Below, one piece after another: positions 10,672 through 20,039 of a stretch of 64,000 nucleotides of DNA (the first letter of the stretch is position 1; the number at the start of each line of letters is the position of its first letter). The position numbers and the translations under genes were made by a program. The stretch is taken from the NCBI GenBank assembly GCA_964466705.1, contig CAYXSM010000011.1, forward strand, positions 48,193 through 112,192. Direction: 5' to 3'. Under the pieces are notes generated by a model that was not told where the DNA came from, ran no database searches, and worked only from the letters and a program-made list of their open reading frames with translations. The DNA is from an uncultured Rikenellaceae bacterium. Its GTDB lineage: Bacteria > Bacteroidota > Bacteroidia > Bacteroidales > VadinHA17.

Positions 10672-12026
10672 TTTAACCATCCTTGCTCCAGAAATTTGCA
10701 TGACCTGAACTCATCACTTATCCTGATATAGGTCTTTTCGATTTTTTCACTGATCCATTTTTCATATCTTTCAGATCGCTTGTTGTTCAGGGCGGCATTA
10801 TAAAGGAACTGGTAGTCATCTTTCAGATTTGCTCTGTGAGCGGGAATTTCATTATCGAGCTTTACTACCCTGAACACAATATTGCCATCTTCATCAGTTG
10901 TTCTGTACGGATCAGATATTTCACCGATCCTGAGGTCTCTGATTCTTGTGTACATGTCTCTGTCCAATTCTTCGAGTGCAAACCAGTTTGTCCGGTCCGA
11001 GGGATTTGAGCTGACAAGCTTCCCTCCGTTAATTCTGCTGTCTTTATGCGTTGAGAATCTGCGGGCAGCGTCTTCAAATTTTATGCTGTCCTTTCTGATC
11101 AGTGTGGTTATGCTGTCGAGTTTGGCTATAGCCCTGACTGATTCCTGGCTTAATACTTTCGGCCTTATAAGAATATGACGCGAATTTACCAGATCACCTT
11201 TTCTGTCAATAAGCTGAATGAGATGAAAACCGTATCTTGTTTCCACTATCCTTGAAATTGAGTTTTTTTTCAGACTGAATGCAGCATCGGCATACTCCTT
11301 TTCGAGTTCTCCCCTCATCTTGTAGCCTATTTCTCCTCCGTTGGCAGCAGAAGCCAGGTCCTCTGAATACATGACTGCCAGAACATTGAAGCTTTTGCCT
11401 TCAAGTATTTCCCTTCGGATATCAAGGAGCCTCTGACGTGCTGCTGCCTTGTTTTCCTCATTATCCGGAGGGTCCAGCTGGATAAGACTGACCTGTACCT
11501 TTGCCGGTATTACAGGCATGCTGTCTTTAGGAATCGAAGCTACAAACTTCCTGAGGTCAGAAGGGGAAACAGTTATGTCGGCCGCAATAGTACTTTGAAC
11601 CTCGGCAACAATCTGCTGTTCAATAAGCGCTTTCCTGATATCCCTTCTGATTTCTATCATGTTCTTCTTAAAATAATTTTCCAGTGCCTGCTCACTTCCG
11701 GCCTGCCTTATAGCGTCATTTAACCTCATATTCAGATCGCTTTCCACCATGTCTGGAGTAACGTCAATGCTGTCGATTCTCGACTGATCAAGAAAAAGCT
11801 TTGTTGTAAGAAGATCTCTGAAAACATTACACCTGAGAATATCCTGTGAGGTTCTGTTACCACTCCTCCTGAGGTCGATAATCGCGTTTTCAACCTCAGA
11901 AAGGTATACTACTTCATTACCGACAATAGCAGCTACAGATTCCACAAGAACCTGGGAAAATGACGGAGTTATCAGAAATGACATCAATAAACCCATTACC
12001 AGACCTGACCTTGAACTTTTTTTCAT
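10668..12026 (-). CDS. SurA-like periplasmic chaperone / parvulin peptidyl-prolyl isomerase
   Basis: Signal peptide, a SurA_N-like helical region and one parvulin domain (GGEIGYKMRGEL...YGFHLIQLIDRK). Confidence 0.75.
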   Translation of the reverse strand: MKKSSRSGLVMGLLMSFLITPSFSQVLVESVAAIVGNEVVYLSEVENAIIDLRRSGNRTSQDILRCNVFRDLLTTKLFLDQSRIDSIDVTPDMVESDLNMRLNDAIRQAGSEQALENYFKKNMIEIRRDIRKALIEQQIVAEVQSTIAADITVSPSDLRKFVASIPKDSMPVIPAKVQVSLIQLDPPDNEENKAAARQRLLDIRREILEGKSFNVLAVMYSEDLASAANGGEIGYKMRGELEKEYADAAFSLKKNSISRIVETRYGFHLIQLIDRKGDLVNSRHILIRPKVLSQESVRAIAKLDSITTLIRKDSIKFEDAARRFSTHKDSRINGGKLVSSNPSDRTNWFALEELDRDMYTRIRDLRIGEISDPYRTTDEDGNIVFRVVKLDNEIPAHRANLKDDYQFLYNAALNNKRSERYEKWISEKIEKTYIRISDEFRSCKFLEQGWLK

Positions 12027-12028
12027 CC

Positions 12029-12877
12029 TTAATATATCTTAAAACTGTTATTTCTGAGAGCCTCGTTGTATATCCCGTTATCAAGAGAACGTAAAAACTG
12101 TATGCGACGATTATTCCAGATGATCCTTTTGATATCATTCCTGACATATTCAAATGGAGAAAGTGCTCCACGGAGCCTGTAGTCATATATTGTCACAAAA
12201 TACACTGATGATGAATCGCGTGATTCATAAAAAGTATTTCTTCTCAGGAAGCTCTCCTGATTGGTTATGTTTTCCTTAAGCTCAAATATTAGTCTGTCCA
12301 TGGTTATCCAGTCTTCATTAAAGACATCAAATTTTTCGGCAAACTGATAACAGAGCGTTTCAAGCTCCCGGATATCGTTTTGTGTTGTCGATCTGGCTAA
12401 CACTCTTATTCTGTCAATAGCGGGGGTCTCAACGGGGAGTTTTATGAAAAGAGCTTTAACTATGTTGGTGTTAAGTACAAAGCTGTTCTCATTTGCAGCG
12501 TAATAGCTTTCAAGCTCTTCTTCTGTTATCAGAGTGTCCATTTTTTCAAGCATCATCTGTCTCTGGTATTCATGCGTTACAAGATCAAATCTTGTCATCT
12601 TAACCTGTTCTTCAATATCTTTTAACAGGTCAGCGGACAGATTCTGTTCAGCCTTTTGAAAGAGGAGCTCTGATTTTCCCCATTTATTTATGTAGTTATG
12701 AATGACAATGATGCTGTCCGTTTCTGTTATGCCATCTTTTATTGCGGCAGGGATTTCATCGTAATACAAAACAACATCACCGGCTTTTGCCACAGGAATT
12801 CTTTTAGGTGTATTATTGTTACTGATACAGCCTGAAAGCAGGATGATTGTAAAGATAAATGTAATAATTCTATTCAT
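12029..12877 (-). CDS. Lipoprotein of unknown function in the chaperone operon
   Basis: Lipobox LLSGC. Helical, with SurA_N-like composition but no parvulin motif. Tightly packed between two PPIase genes. Confidence 0.5.
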   Translation of the reverse strand: MNRIITFIFTIILLSGCISNNNTPKRIPVAKAGDVVLYYDEIPAAIKDGITETDSIIVIHNYINKWGKSELLFQKAEQNLSADLLKDIEEQVKMTRFDLVTHEYQRQMMLEKMDTLITEEELESYYAANENSFVLNTNIVKALFIKLPVETPAIDRIRVLARSTTQNDIRELETLCYQFAEKFDVFNEDWITMDRLIFELKENITNQESFLRRNTFYESRDSSSVYFVTIYDYRLRGALSPFEYVRNDIKRIIWNNRRIQFLRSLDNGIYNEALRNNSFKIY

Positions 12878-14555
12878 TGGCCAGTATGTTTTTTAACTCA
12901 CCGAACACCTGTGAATCGATCTTTACAGAATATTTATTCTTCAGTTCCTGAAGCCACTTCTGCATCAGCCATTCCTGATAATCGGCAATGACATCTCCCC
13001 GAACCTCATCAAAATCCGCACCAAATTTAGGTATATTCCTTTCATAATGGATCCTTAATCCGGCAGTATCGTTCAGTGACCTGTTCCATACTTTGTCTGA
13101 TGAAATATTGAACAGCAGTATCCCGTCATGAAACTCCTTCATCAGATATTTAAAATCCGGATACTTACTTTCAAGAATTGAATTTTCAAATCTGATGATA
13201 TGGTCTTCAGAAATTCTCTCTATTTCCCTGCGTATAAAATTTCCGGGGTTACCTGTTAATGAAGGGGAAGATTTTGCATGGATAATGGAAGCAAAATCCT
13301 TTCCCATAAGATGCTGGTCTGCAAATGTGTAGAGCTTGTGATCCGGTATTTCCTCCGGATTATATATTGTTATGCCCCTCATTATCAGAGTATCAGTGTT
13401 TTTTATGAACCAGTCTGCAGCATTTTTGCATATCTTAAAGCCATATTCAGATTTAAGTCTTTCAACTACTGATTTTCTGCTCAGTTCATTTATGTAAGAC
13501 GGATTGATCCTGCTTTCCAGATATGAACGGGATTCCATAAATGAAGCTGCCGGCCTTTTTCCGGTCAGCATAATAATGTGGTATCCATAGGGAGAACGAA
13601 CAGGTTTTGTGTAATCACCGCTGTCGGTGAGAGCAAAAGCTGCTTCAGAGAATTCAGGTACCATGTCACCTGTACCGAACCACTCAAGTTCTCCGCCTTT
13701 GGCAGCTGATTGTTTATGGTCGGAGTAATTCGATGCAAGTTCTCTGAAAGAGCTTCCCTGTTTTAGCAGGTTATACAATCTGTTAATTTCAAGTTCAGCT
13801 TCAGCTCTTATGCTATCGTCTGCCCCGGGAGGAACGGATTTCATAATATGGGCTGCTTTTATTTTTCCTCTTGAGGGACGGATATCATTAATCTTTATTA
13901 TGTGATAGCCGTAGTAAGTCCTTACCGGCATTGATAATTCACCCGGTTTCATTGAATATGCAGCATCTTCAAATGGTTTTATCATCCTGAACACTGTAAA
14001 ATATCCAAGATTGCCACCGTTAGAAACTGAAGACCTGTCATCCGAAAAGAGCTTCGCGACCTCTTCAAACTGTTCGCCTGTAATAATTATTTTGTTTCTG
14101 ATTTCTAAGGCCTGCTTAAAAGCTTTAAGGGTATCTTCCGGTGATGCGTCAGCCTGACAGCGGATTAATATATGAGAAGCGTTGATCTCTGTTAAGGAGC
14201 GACTGTAAGCATCCCGGACCAGTTTTTCCCTGATTTCATTATCAGCAAGATAATTCTGTGCCAGTTGTTCACGGTATCCATTAAGCTCGTTTATGAAGGA
14301 GGCTGCTGTATCGTATCTGTTCTCCAGAGCATCGGTGACTTTCAGTTTGAATGTAACAAACAGGTCAAGATATTCGTCAAGCCCGGAATTGTCTTCAGTA
14401 TTTTTACTTTTTGAATACATTCTGGTAAATTCGCCCGCAGAGGTTTCATGTCCGGATATTGTAAAAAGGACAGTTTCATCCGGGATCTGGCTTGATGCGA
14501 CCGGTAATAGTAATATTGCAAAGATAATTGTTAAGAATAAGGATCTGGTATTCAT
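12870..14555 (-). CDS. Periplasmic peptidyl-prolyl isomerase with two parvulin domains
   Basis: Signal peptide and two PpiC-type modules (SHILIRC...GGNLGYF...YGYHIIKIND and AHIMKSV...GGELEWFG...YGYHIIMLTG). Confidence 0.75.
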   Translation of the reverse strand: MNTRSLFLTIIFAILLLPVASSQIPDETVLFTISGHETSAGEFTRMYSKSKNTEDNSGLDEYLDLFVTFKLKVTDALENRYDTAASFINELNGYREQLAQNYLADNEIREKLVRDAYSRSLTEINASHILIRCQADASPEDTLKAFKQALEIRNKIIITGEQFEEVAKLFSDDRSSVSNGGNLGYFTVFRMIKPFEDAAYSMKPGELSMPVRTYYGYHIIKINDIRPSRGKIKAAHIMKSVPPGADDSIRAEAELEINRLYNLLKQGSSFRELASNYSDHKQSAAKGGELEWFGTGDMVPEFSEAAFALTDSGDYTKPVRSPYGYHIIMLTGKRPAASFMESRSYLESRINPSYINELSRKSVVERLKSEYGFKICKNAADWFIKNTDTLIMRGITIYNPEEIPDHKLYTFADQHLMGKDFASIIHAKSSPSLTGNPGNFIRREIERISEDHIIRFENSILESKYPDFKYLMKEFHDGILLFNISSDKVWNRSLNDTAGLRIHYERNIPKFGADFDEVRGDVIADYQEWLMQKWLQELKNKYSVKIDSQVFGELKNILANE

Positions 14556-14576
14556 TAAGTTATGTTTACGGACCCT

Positions 14577-16058
14577 TTATTCAAAGGATTTTCTGCTATA
14601 GTTAGGTGATTCCCTGGTTATTGCAACGTCATGCGGATGGCTTTCAATGATGCCGGAATGGGTAATCCTGACAAATCGTCCTTCTTTCTTGAGTACTTCG
14701 ATATTTCTGGCACCAAGGTACCCCATACCGGCTCTTAGTCCTCCGGTCATCTGGTAAATTACTTCAGCGAGTGTCCCTTTATATGGAACCCGTGCTTCAA
14801 TACCTTCCGGCACCAGCTTTTTTATATCATCTTCAACATCCTGAAAATAACGGTCCTTTGATCCCTGCTGCATGGCTTCTATAGATCCCATTCCCCTGTA
14901 GGCCTTGAATTTGCGTCCGCTGAAGATGATGGTGTCCCCGGGAGATTCCTCAACTCCTGCAAACAATGATCCGGCCATTATTGAGTCGGCGCCTGCTGCC
15001 AGAGCTTTTATGATATCACCAGAATATCTGATACCTCCATCTGCAATGACCGGAACACCCGATCCTGCAACAGCTTTGGCGACATTGTAAATTGCTGAAA
15101 GTTGTGGTATTCCCACTCCGGCAATAACACGGGTGGTGCATATAGATCCGGGTCCGATGCCCACTTTGAGCCCGTCAGCACCTTCATTTACAAGTTTTAT
15201 CGCAGCCTCGGCCGTTCCGATATTTCCGGCGATAATATCAGTATCTGAATAGTTGCTTTTTATCTGCCTGAGTATTCTGAGGACGTTAGCCGAGTGCGCG
15301 TGTGCAGTATCGATAACAATAGCGTCAGCATTTGCATTAATCAGAGCCTCAACTCTTTGCATAGTATCGGCAGATATGCCCACGGCTGCAGCAACCCTTA
15401 ATCTCCCCTTATCATCCTTACATGAATTCGGGCGGTCTTTGGTTTTTGAAATGTCCTTGTATGTTATAAGCCCTATCAGCTTTCCCGATTCATCAACCAT
15501 CGGGAGCTTCTCTATTTTATGTTTCTGAAGGATTCTTGCCGCAGCATTAAGGTTTGTCTGGTGGTTTGTTGTTATCAGCTCGGTGGTCATAACCTCGGTT
15601 ATCCTGCGGGCAAAATTATTTTCAAAGCGCAGATCTCTTGTAGTGACGATTCCTTTAAGTACCCCGTTATGGTCGATGACCGGAATACCCCCGATATGAT
15701 ATTCTTTCATCAGGTTTAATGCTTCGGCTACAGTCGCATCGGTGTATATGGTGATAGGGTCTGAAATCATCACATTTTCGGCACGTTTAACCCTTTTAAC
15801 CTGTGCTGCCTGCTTTTCTACCGACATGTTCTTATGGATCACCCCGATACCTCCTTCCCGTGCAATGGCAATTGCCAGCTCATCTTCGGTTACCGTATCC
15901 ATTGCCGCAGAAACAACAGGGGTGTTAATGGGGATATTTTTCGAAAACATGGAGCTTAGATCCACCTCGCGGGGTAAAACCTCTGAATACGCAGGGACAA
16001 GCAGAACATCGTCAAAGGTTAATCCTTCGTAAAGTATCTTTTCCTTCATGAATGACAT
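14577..16058 (-). CDS. guaB: IMP dehydrogenase
   Basis: 493 aa. [12 protein letters not shown]-terminus, CBS pair, and catalytic loop [11 protein letters not shown]. An alternative start lies at 16049. Confidence 0.95.
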   Translation of the reverse strand: MSFMKEKILYEGLTFDDVLLVPAYSEVLPREVDLSSMFSKNIPINTPVVSAAMDTVTEDELAIAIAREGGIGVIHKNMSVEKQAAQVKRVKRAENVMISDPITIYTDATVAEALNLMKEYHIGGIPVIDHNGVLKGIVTTRDLRFENNFARRITEVMTTELITTNHQTNLNAAARILQKHKIEKLPMVDESGKLIGLITYKDISKTKDRPNSCKDDKGRLRVAAAVGISADTMQRVEALINANADAIVIDTAHAHSANVLRILRQIKSNYSDTDIIAGNIGTAEAAIKLVNEGADGLKVGIGPGSICTTRVIAGVGIPQLSAIYNVAKAVAGSGVPVIADGGIRYSGDIIKALAAGADSIMAGSLFAGVEESPGDTIIFSGRKFKAYRGMGSIEAMQQGSKDRYFQDVEDDIKKLVPEGIEARVPYKGTLAEVIYQMTGGLRAGMGYLGARNIEVLKKEGRFVRITHSGIIESHPHDVAITRESPNYSRKSFE

Positions 16059-16346
16059 ATCTGTCTGTATAAGTTAATACTGGCGCAAATTACAAAAAAA
16101 GCAGAACTTTGGAAATAAGTTGTTTCATATTATAGCGCTGCCCCCAAAAAGGAGCCAAAGCTACTGATTCTTGCAATCCCTGATGTCATCTTAACTCAAT
16201 TGTCTCCGCCTTAATCTGCTTTTCTGGCTGCTGTCATATAAAGACGGTATCTCTACAGTGAAGCAGGAGAAGCAGGGCAAAATTTGCAAATCATATAGTC
16301 ACGGGGATATTCTCCTTTCATGACGGTACAATTAAAATACAGTTAC

Positions 16347-16354
16347 TACATTTG
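16347..16354 (+). promoter_or_regulatory. Bacteroidota -7 box candidate (TACATTTG) for recQ
   Basis: Exact TAnnTTTG match 24 nt upstream of the ATG at 16378. Confidence 0.3.
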
Positions 16355-16377
16355 TAATAGTGCAAAAGGAAATAAAT

Positions 16378-18282
16378 ATGGATCTCTACCGCCAGATACT
16401 GACAAAGCACTGGGGGTTCACTTCTTTCAGGCCTTTACAGGAAGAAATAATAAGAGCAATAGCCGAGGGAAAGGACACTCTTGGACTGATGCCCACAGGA
16501 GGAGGAAAATCTCTTACTTTTCAGGTCCCGGCAATGGCTGCTGAAGGGACCTGTCTTGTCATTACTCCTCTGATAGCACTTATGAAGGAGCAGGTTAGGC
16601 GCCTCAATGAGCAGGAAATGAAGTCTGCAGCTATTCACTCGGGGATGTCAAGGGAAGAGATTGATATTACATTGGAAAACTGCATTTATGGTGATTACAA
16701 GTTCCTTTATATATCACCAGAAAGAATTACCACTCCGATATTCCGGTCGAGGGCAGGAAGGCTTAACCTTTCACTGGTAGCCGTTGACGAGGCTCACTGC
16801 ATTTCACAGTGGGGATATGATTTCAGGCCTTCGTACCTGAGGATAGCGTCATTAAGGAATTACATATCCCCAAACACTCCATTTCTTGCCCTTACTGCTT
16901 CCGCTACACCCCAGGTTATCTCTGATATTATGGACAAGCTTGAGTTCAGGGAGAAAAACGTTCTCAGGACAAGCTTCCGGCGAAAGAATATTTCCTATCT
17001 GGTAAGAAATGTTGAAGATAAGGGAACATATCTGTTAAAAACACTGAAAAATTTCAGTGGAAGCGGGATCATATATGTCAGAAGCAGGAAAAGGAGCAAG
17101 GAAGTAACCCAGTTGCTTGCCGGGCAGGGCATCAGTGCTGATTATTACCATGCGGGTTTGTCTGATGAGCTCCGTGATAAGAAACAATCAGCATGGTCAG
17201 CAGGAGAAATAAGGGTAATTGTGGCAACCAATGCATTTGGAATGGGTATTGACAAGGCTGAAGTAAGGTTTGTGATACACTGGGATATACCAGAGTCGGT
17301 CGAGGCATATTTTCAGGAAAGCGGCCGTGCCGGTAGAGATGACAAGCCGGCGTTTGCAGTACTTCTCTATTCTGAAAATGACAAGAACAGGCTCAGCGAA
17401 TTTCTGAGGAAAAAGTTTCCTCCTGTGGAAAAGATCAAGGATGTATATGAAGCTTTGTGCAATTATCTTAATGTACCCCATGGAGCAGGCAAAAACAATG
17501 TGTTTGATTTCAACATGGCTGATTTTGTTTCCAGGTACCGTCTGCCGGTAATGGAAACTTACAACTGCCTCTCTTTTCTTCAGCGCGAAGGGTATGTCGA
17601 ATTCACTGAGGAAATAAACAATCCATCACGGGTACACTTTGTTGTAAGCCGTGACGATTTGTACAAATTCCAGGTTGCCAATGAATCATTTGACAGCTTC
17701 ATCAAGCTGCTCCTGAGATCGTACACGGGTATGTTTACGGAATATGTAGCCATTAATGAAGAAACGCTCTCGAAAAAAGCCGCTATTTCAAGAGATACTG
17801 TCTATCAATATCTTGTTAAGCTTTCAGCTATGAACATAATCAGATATATCCCCGGTAAAAGGAGCGCCCTGGTTATATTTACTGAGGAACGGCTTGTCAG
17901 AAAAGCCCTGATGATCTCACCGGAAACTTATCTGTATGTAAGGGAGAAATATACAATACGCTTGAATCATATGATCAGCTATGCCGAATCGAAAAACCGG
18001 TGCAGATCAATGATTCTGCTTGATTATTTTGGTGAAGATTCAGACAGGTGCGGCATATGTGACGTCTGTCGTGAGCGGAACGAACTGGCCCTGAGCAAAT
18101 ATGAGTTTGATATTATCCTTGAAGAGATCAAGTCGCTTCTCTCAGAGGAAAAGCCTGATGCGGCTGAAGTCGTGAACAGGATAAACCACCCTGAGGACAA
18201 GGTGGTTAAAGTCCTGCGGTGGCTGCTTGATCATGATAAAATAACCAGGGGTGATGACAACCGGCTTCAATGGAAAACTTAA
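16378..18282 (+). CDS. recQ: RecQ-family ATP-dependent DNA helicase with an atypical C-terminal architecture
   Basis: WGFTSFRPLQ, Walker A PTGGGKS, DEAH box VAVDEAHCISQWGYDFRPSY, motif VI QESGRAGRDD, and Zn motif CRSMILLDYFGED..CGICDVC. The ATG at 16378 is preferred over the track's GTG at 16360 because of homology and a TACATTTG box at 16347-16354. Confidence 0.85.
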   Translation: MDLYRQILTKHWGFTSFRPLQEEIIRAIAEGKDTLGLMPTGGGKSLTFQVPAMAAEGTCLVITPLIALMKEQVRRLNEQEMKSAAIHSGMSREEIDITLENCIYGDYKFLYISPERITTPIFRSRAGRLNLSLVAVDEAHCISQWGYDFRPSYLRIASLRNYISPNTPFLALTASATPQVISDIMDKLEFREKNVLRTSFRRKNISYLVRNVEDKGTYLLKTLKNFSGSGIIYVRSRKRSKEVTQLLAGQGISADYYHAGLSDELRDKKQSAWSAGEIRVIVATNAFGMGIDKAEVRFVIHWDIPESVEAYFQESGRAGRDDKPAFAVLLYSENDKNRLSEFLRKKFPPVEKIKDVYEALCNYLNVPHGAGKNNVFDFNMADFVSRYRLPVMETYNCLSFLQREGYVEFTEEINNPSRVHFVVSRDDLYKFQVANESFDSFIKLLLRSYTGMFTEYVAINEETLSKKAAISRDTVYQYLVKLSAMNIIRYIPGKRSALVIFTEERLVRKALMISPETYLYVREKYTIRLNHMISYAESKNRCRSMILLDYFGEDSDRCGICDVCRERNELALSKYEFDIILEEIKSLLSEEKPDAAEVVNRINHPEDKVVKVLRWLLDHDKITRGDDNRLQWKT

Positions 18283-18311
18283 CAATATGAAATTTTAATA
18301 TTTTTTCTGAT

Positions 18312-19907
18312 TTATTTATCCCAGAATTTCTCAATCTGCTCAAGTGATTTTCCCCTGGTTTCCGGCACCATTTTCCATACAAAAGCAACAGCAGCAATAC
18401 AGATCAGTCCATACAGCCAGTAAGAAAATCCATGGTTGAAAAGAGATATGAGAGTTTTGTTTTCGTCCATTACAGGGAATGACCATGATACTATAAGATC
18501 GGTAATCCAGACCATTGCAGTGGCAATCGACATAGCACCCCTGATCGAATTAGGAAAGATCTCAGACAGCATCACCCACATGACCGGCCCCCAGCTCATG
18601 GCAAACCCGGCAATAAAGATCAGAATGAAAACCAGTGTCAGTAATCCCATTCTGCCTGAGTAGAAACTTAAACCTATTGAGAACATTGCCACTGCCATTA
18701 TTATTCCACCGGTTAAAAGAAGGGGCTTTCGTCCAAATCTGTCGACAGTTGTTATTGCCACAATTGTAAATACAATATTTACAATTCCGACGAGGATTGT
18801 CTGCATGAGTGATACGTCAAGCTGCAAGCCTGTATTCTGAAATATCTGCGGAGCGTAATACAGGACAACATTAATACCTGTCAGCTGCTGGAAAGCTGAT
18901 AATAATACCGCTATGATGATGATCAATCCACCAAAAGAGAGCCATGGGGCTGAATGCTCAACCATTGTGTTCCTGATATCTTTGAGAATGGTTTGGGCGT
19001 TCTTTTCGCCAACGGTTTTTCTGAGGACCCGGAGTGCGCCGTCATCTTTATTCCTCATGACAAGATATCGTGGAGTCTCCGGAACAAAAAACAGCAGAAA
19101 AAGAAATATTGCCGAGGGAAAAACGCCCGAAAGGAACATGTATCTCCAGCCGGTTTCAATATTCCACTGGTCATCGCCGAACCGTGATATAGACCAGTTA
19201 ACGAAATAGACAACAAGCATGCCAAGAACTATTGCCATCTGGTTCCATGAAACGAGTCGTCCTCTGAGCTCTGCAGGAGCGACCTCTGCTATATACATGG
19301 GTGACAACATTGATGCCAGCCCTATTCCGATTCCTCCGATAATTCTGTAAAGCATAAATGAAACGAGCGGTTCTGTGCCTGAAAAGTTTAATGTATCAGG
19401 AAAAGCTGCACCAAGTCCTGAGATGAAAAAAAGAATGCCTGACACTATCAGCCCATTCTTCCTGCCCCATACCATGCTTATAAAACCGGCTCCTGAGCCA
19501 CCTATAATACATCCGATAAGTGCGCTGGAAATAGCAAATCCTGTTAAAGCACTGGCTGTTGTTTCACTGTATACGGCAGGTTTACCGAAGAACCATATGA
19601 AAAAAATGACAACAGATATGAAAAGTCCGGAAATAAGAATTAAAGCTTTCTTCTTGTCAAATAATTTCAGCAGCATGCCGCTTACCGCCAGTCCGATAAT
19701 AAATACGGAGGCGCACACGGTTATCCTGTAGCCAAGAATTACCTTTTCAGCCTGTTCAATATTTGCCGAAAGAGGGAATATGAAATAATTCCGAATTGCG
19801 TTGACCGCTCCCGACACTACAGCGGTATCATACCCGAAAAGAAATCCACCAAGTGCGGCAACTATGGTGATCCTGTAGAGATAAAAGTAATTTTTTCTGC
19901 CTGGCAT
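18312..19907 (-). CDS. Sugar-porter MFS transporter, XylE-like, with extra hydrophobic insertion
   Basis: Long colinear similarity to E. coli XylE as I remember it: LFGYDTAVVSGA, YRIIGGIGIGLASMLSPMYIAE, VPETPRYL, INVVLYYAP, FAMSWGPVMWVMLSEIFPN and PETRGKSLEQIE. Confidence 0.85.
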   Translation of the reverse strand: MPGRKNYFYLYRITIVAALGGFLFGYDTAVVSGAVNAIRNYFIFPLSANIEQAEKVILGYRITVCASVFIIGLAVSGMLLKLFDKKKALILISGLFISVVIFFIWFFGKPAVYSETTASALTGFAISSALIGCIIGGSGAGFISMVWGRKNGLIVSGILFFISGLGAAFPDTLNFSGTEPLVSFMLYRIIGGIGIGLASMLSPMYIAEVAPAELRGRLVSWNQMAIVLGMLVVYFVNWSISRFGDDQWNIETGWRYMFLSGVFPSAIFLFLLFFVPETPRYLVMRNKDDGALRVLRKTVGEKNAQTILKDIRNTMVEHSAPWLSFGGLIIIIAVLLSAFQQLTGINVVLYYAPQIFQNTGLQLDVSLMQTILVGIVNIVFTIVAITTVDRFGRKPLLLTGGIIMAVAMFSIGLSFYSGRMGLLTLVFILIFIAGFAMSWGPVMWVMLSEIFPNSIRGAMSIATAMVWITDLIVSWSFPVMDENKTLISLFNHGFSYWLYGLICIAAVAFVWKMVPETRGKSLEQIEKFWDK

Positions 19908-20039
19908 ACTATATTATTTCTATTTCATAATTTGAAGAACAACGGTATAATAGTTTATGCACAATATCTCCTTCTATTTTAAGAGTGGTGCTGCCGATTG
20001 CAGTGAACCTCATTTTTTTCCAAACCTGCTTTTGAGGGT

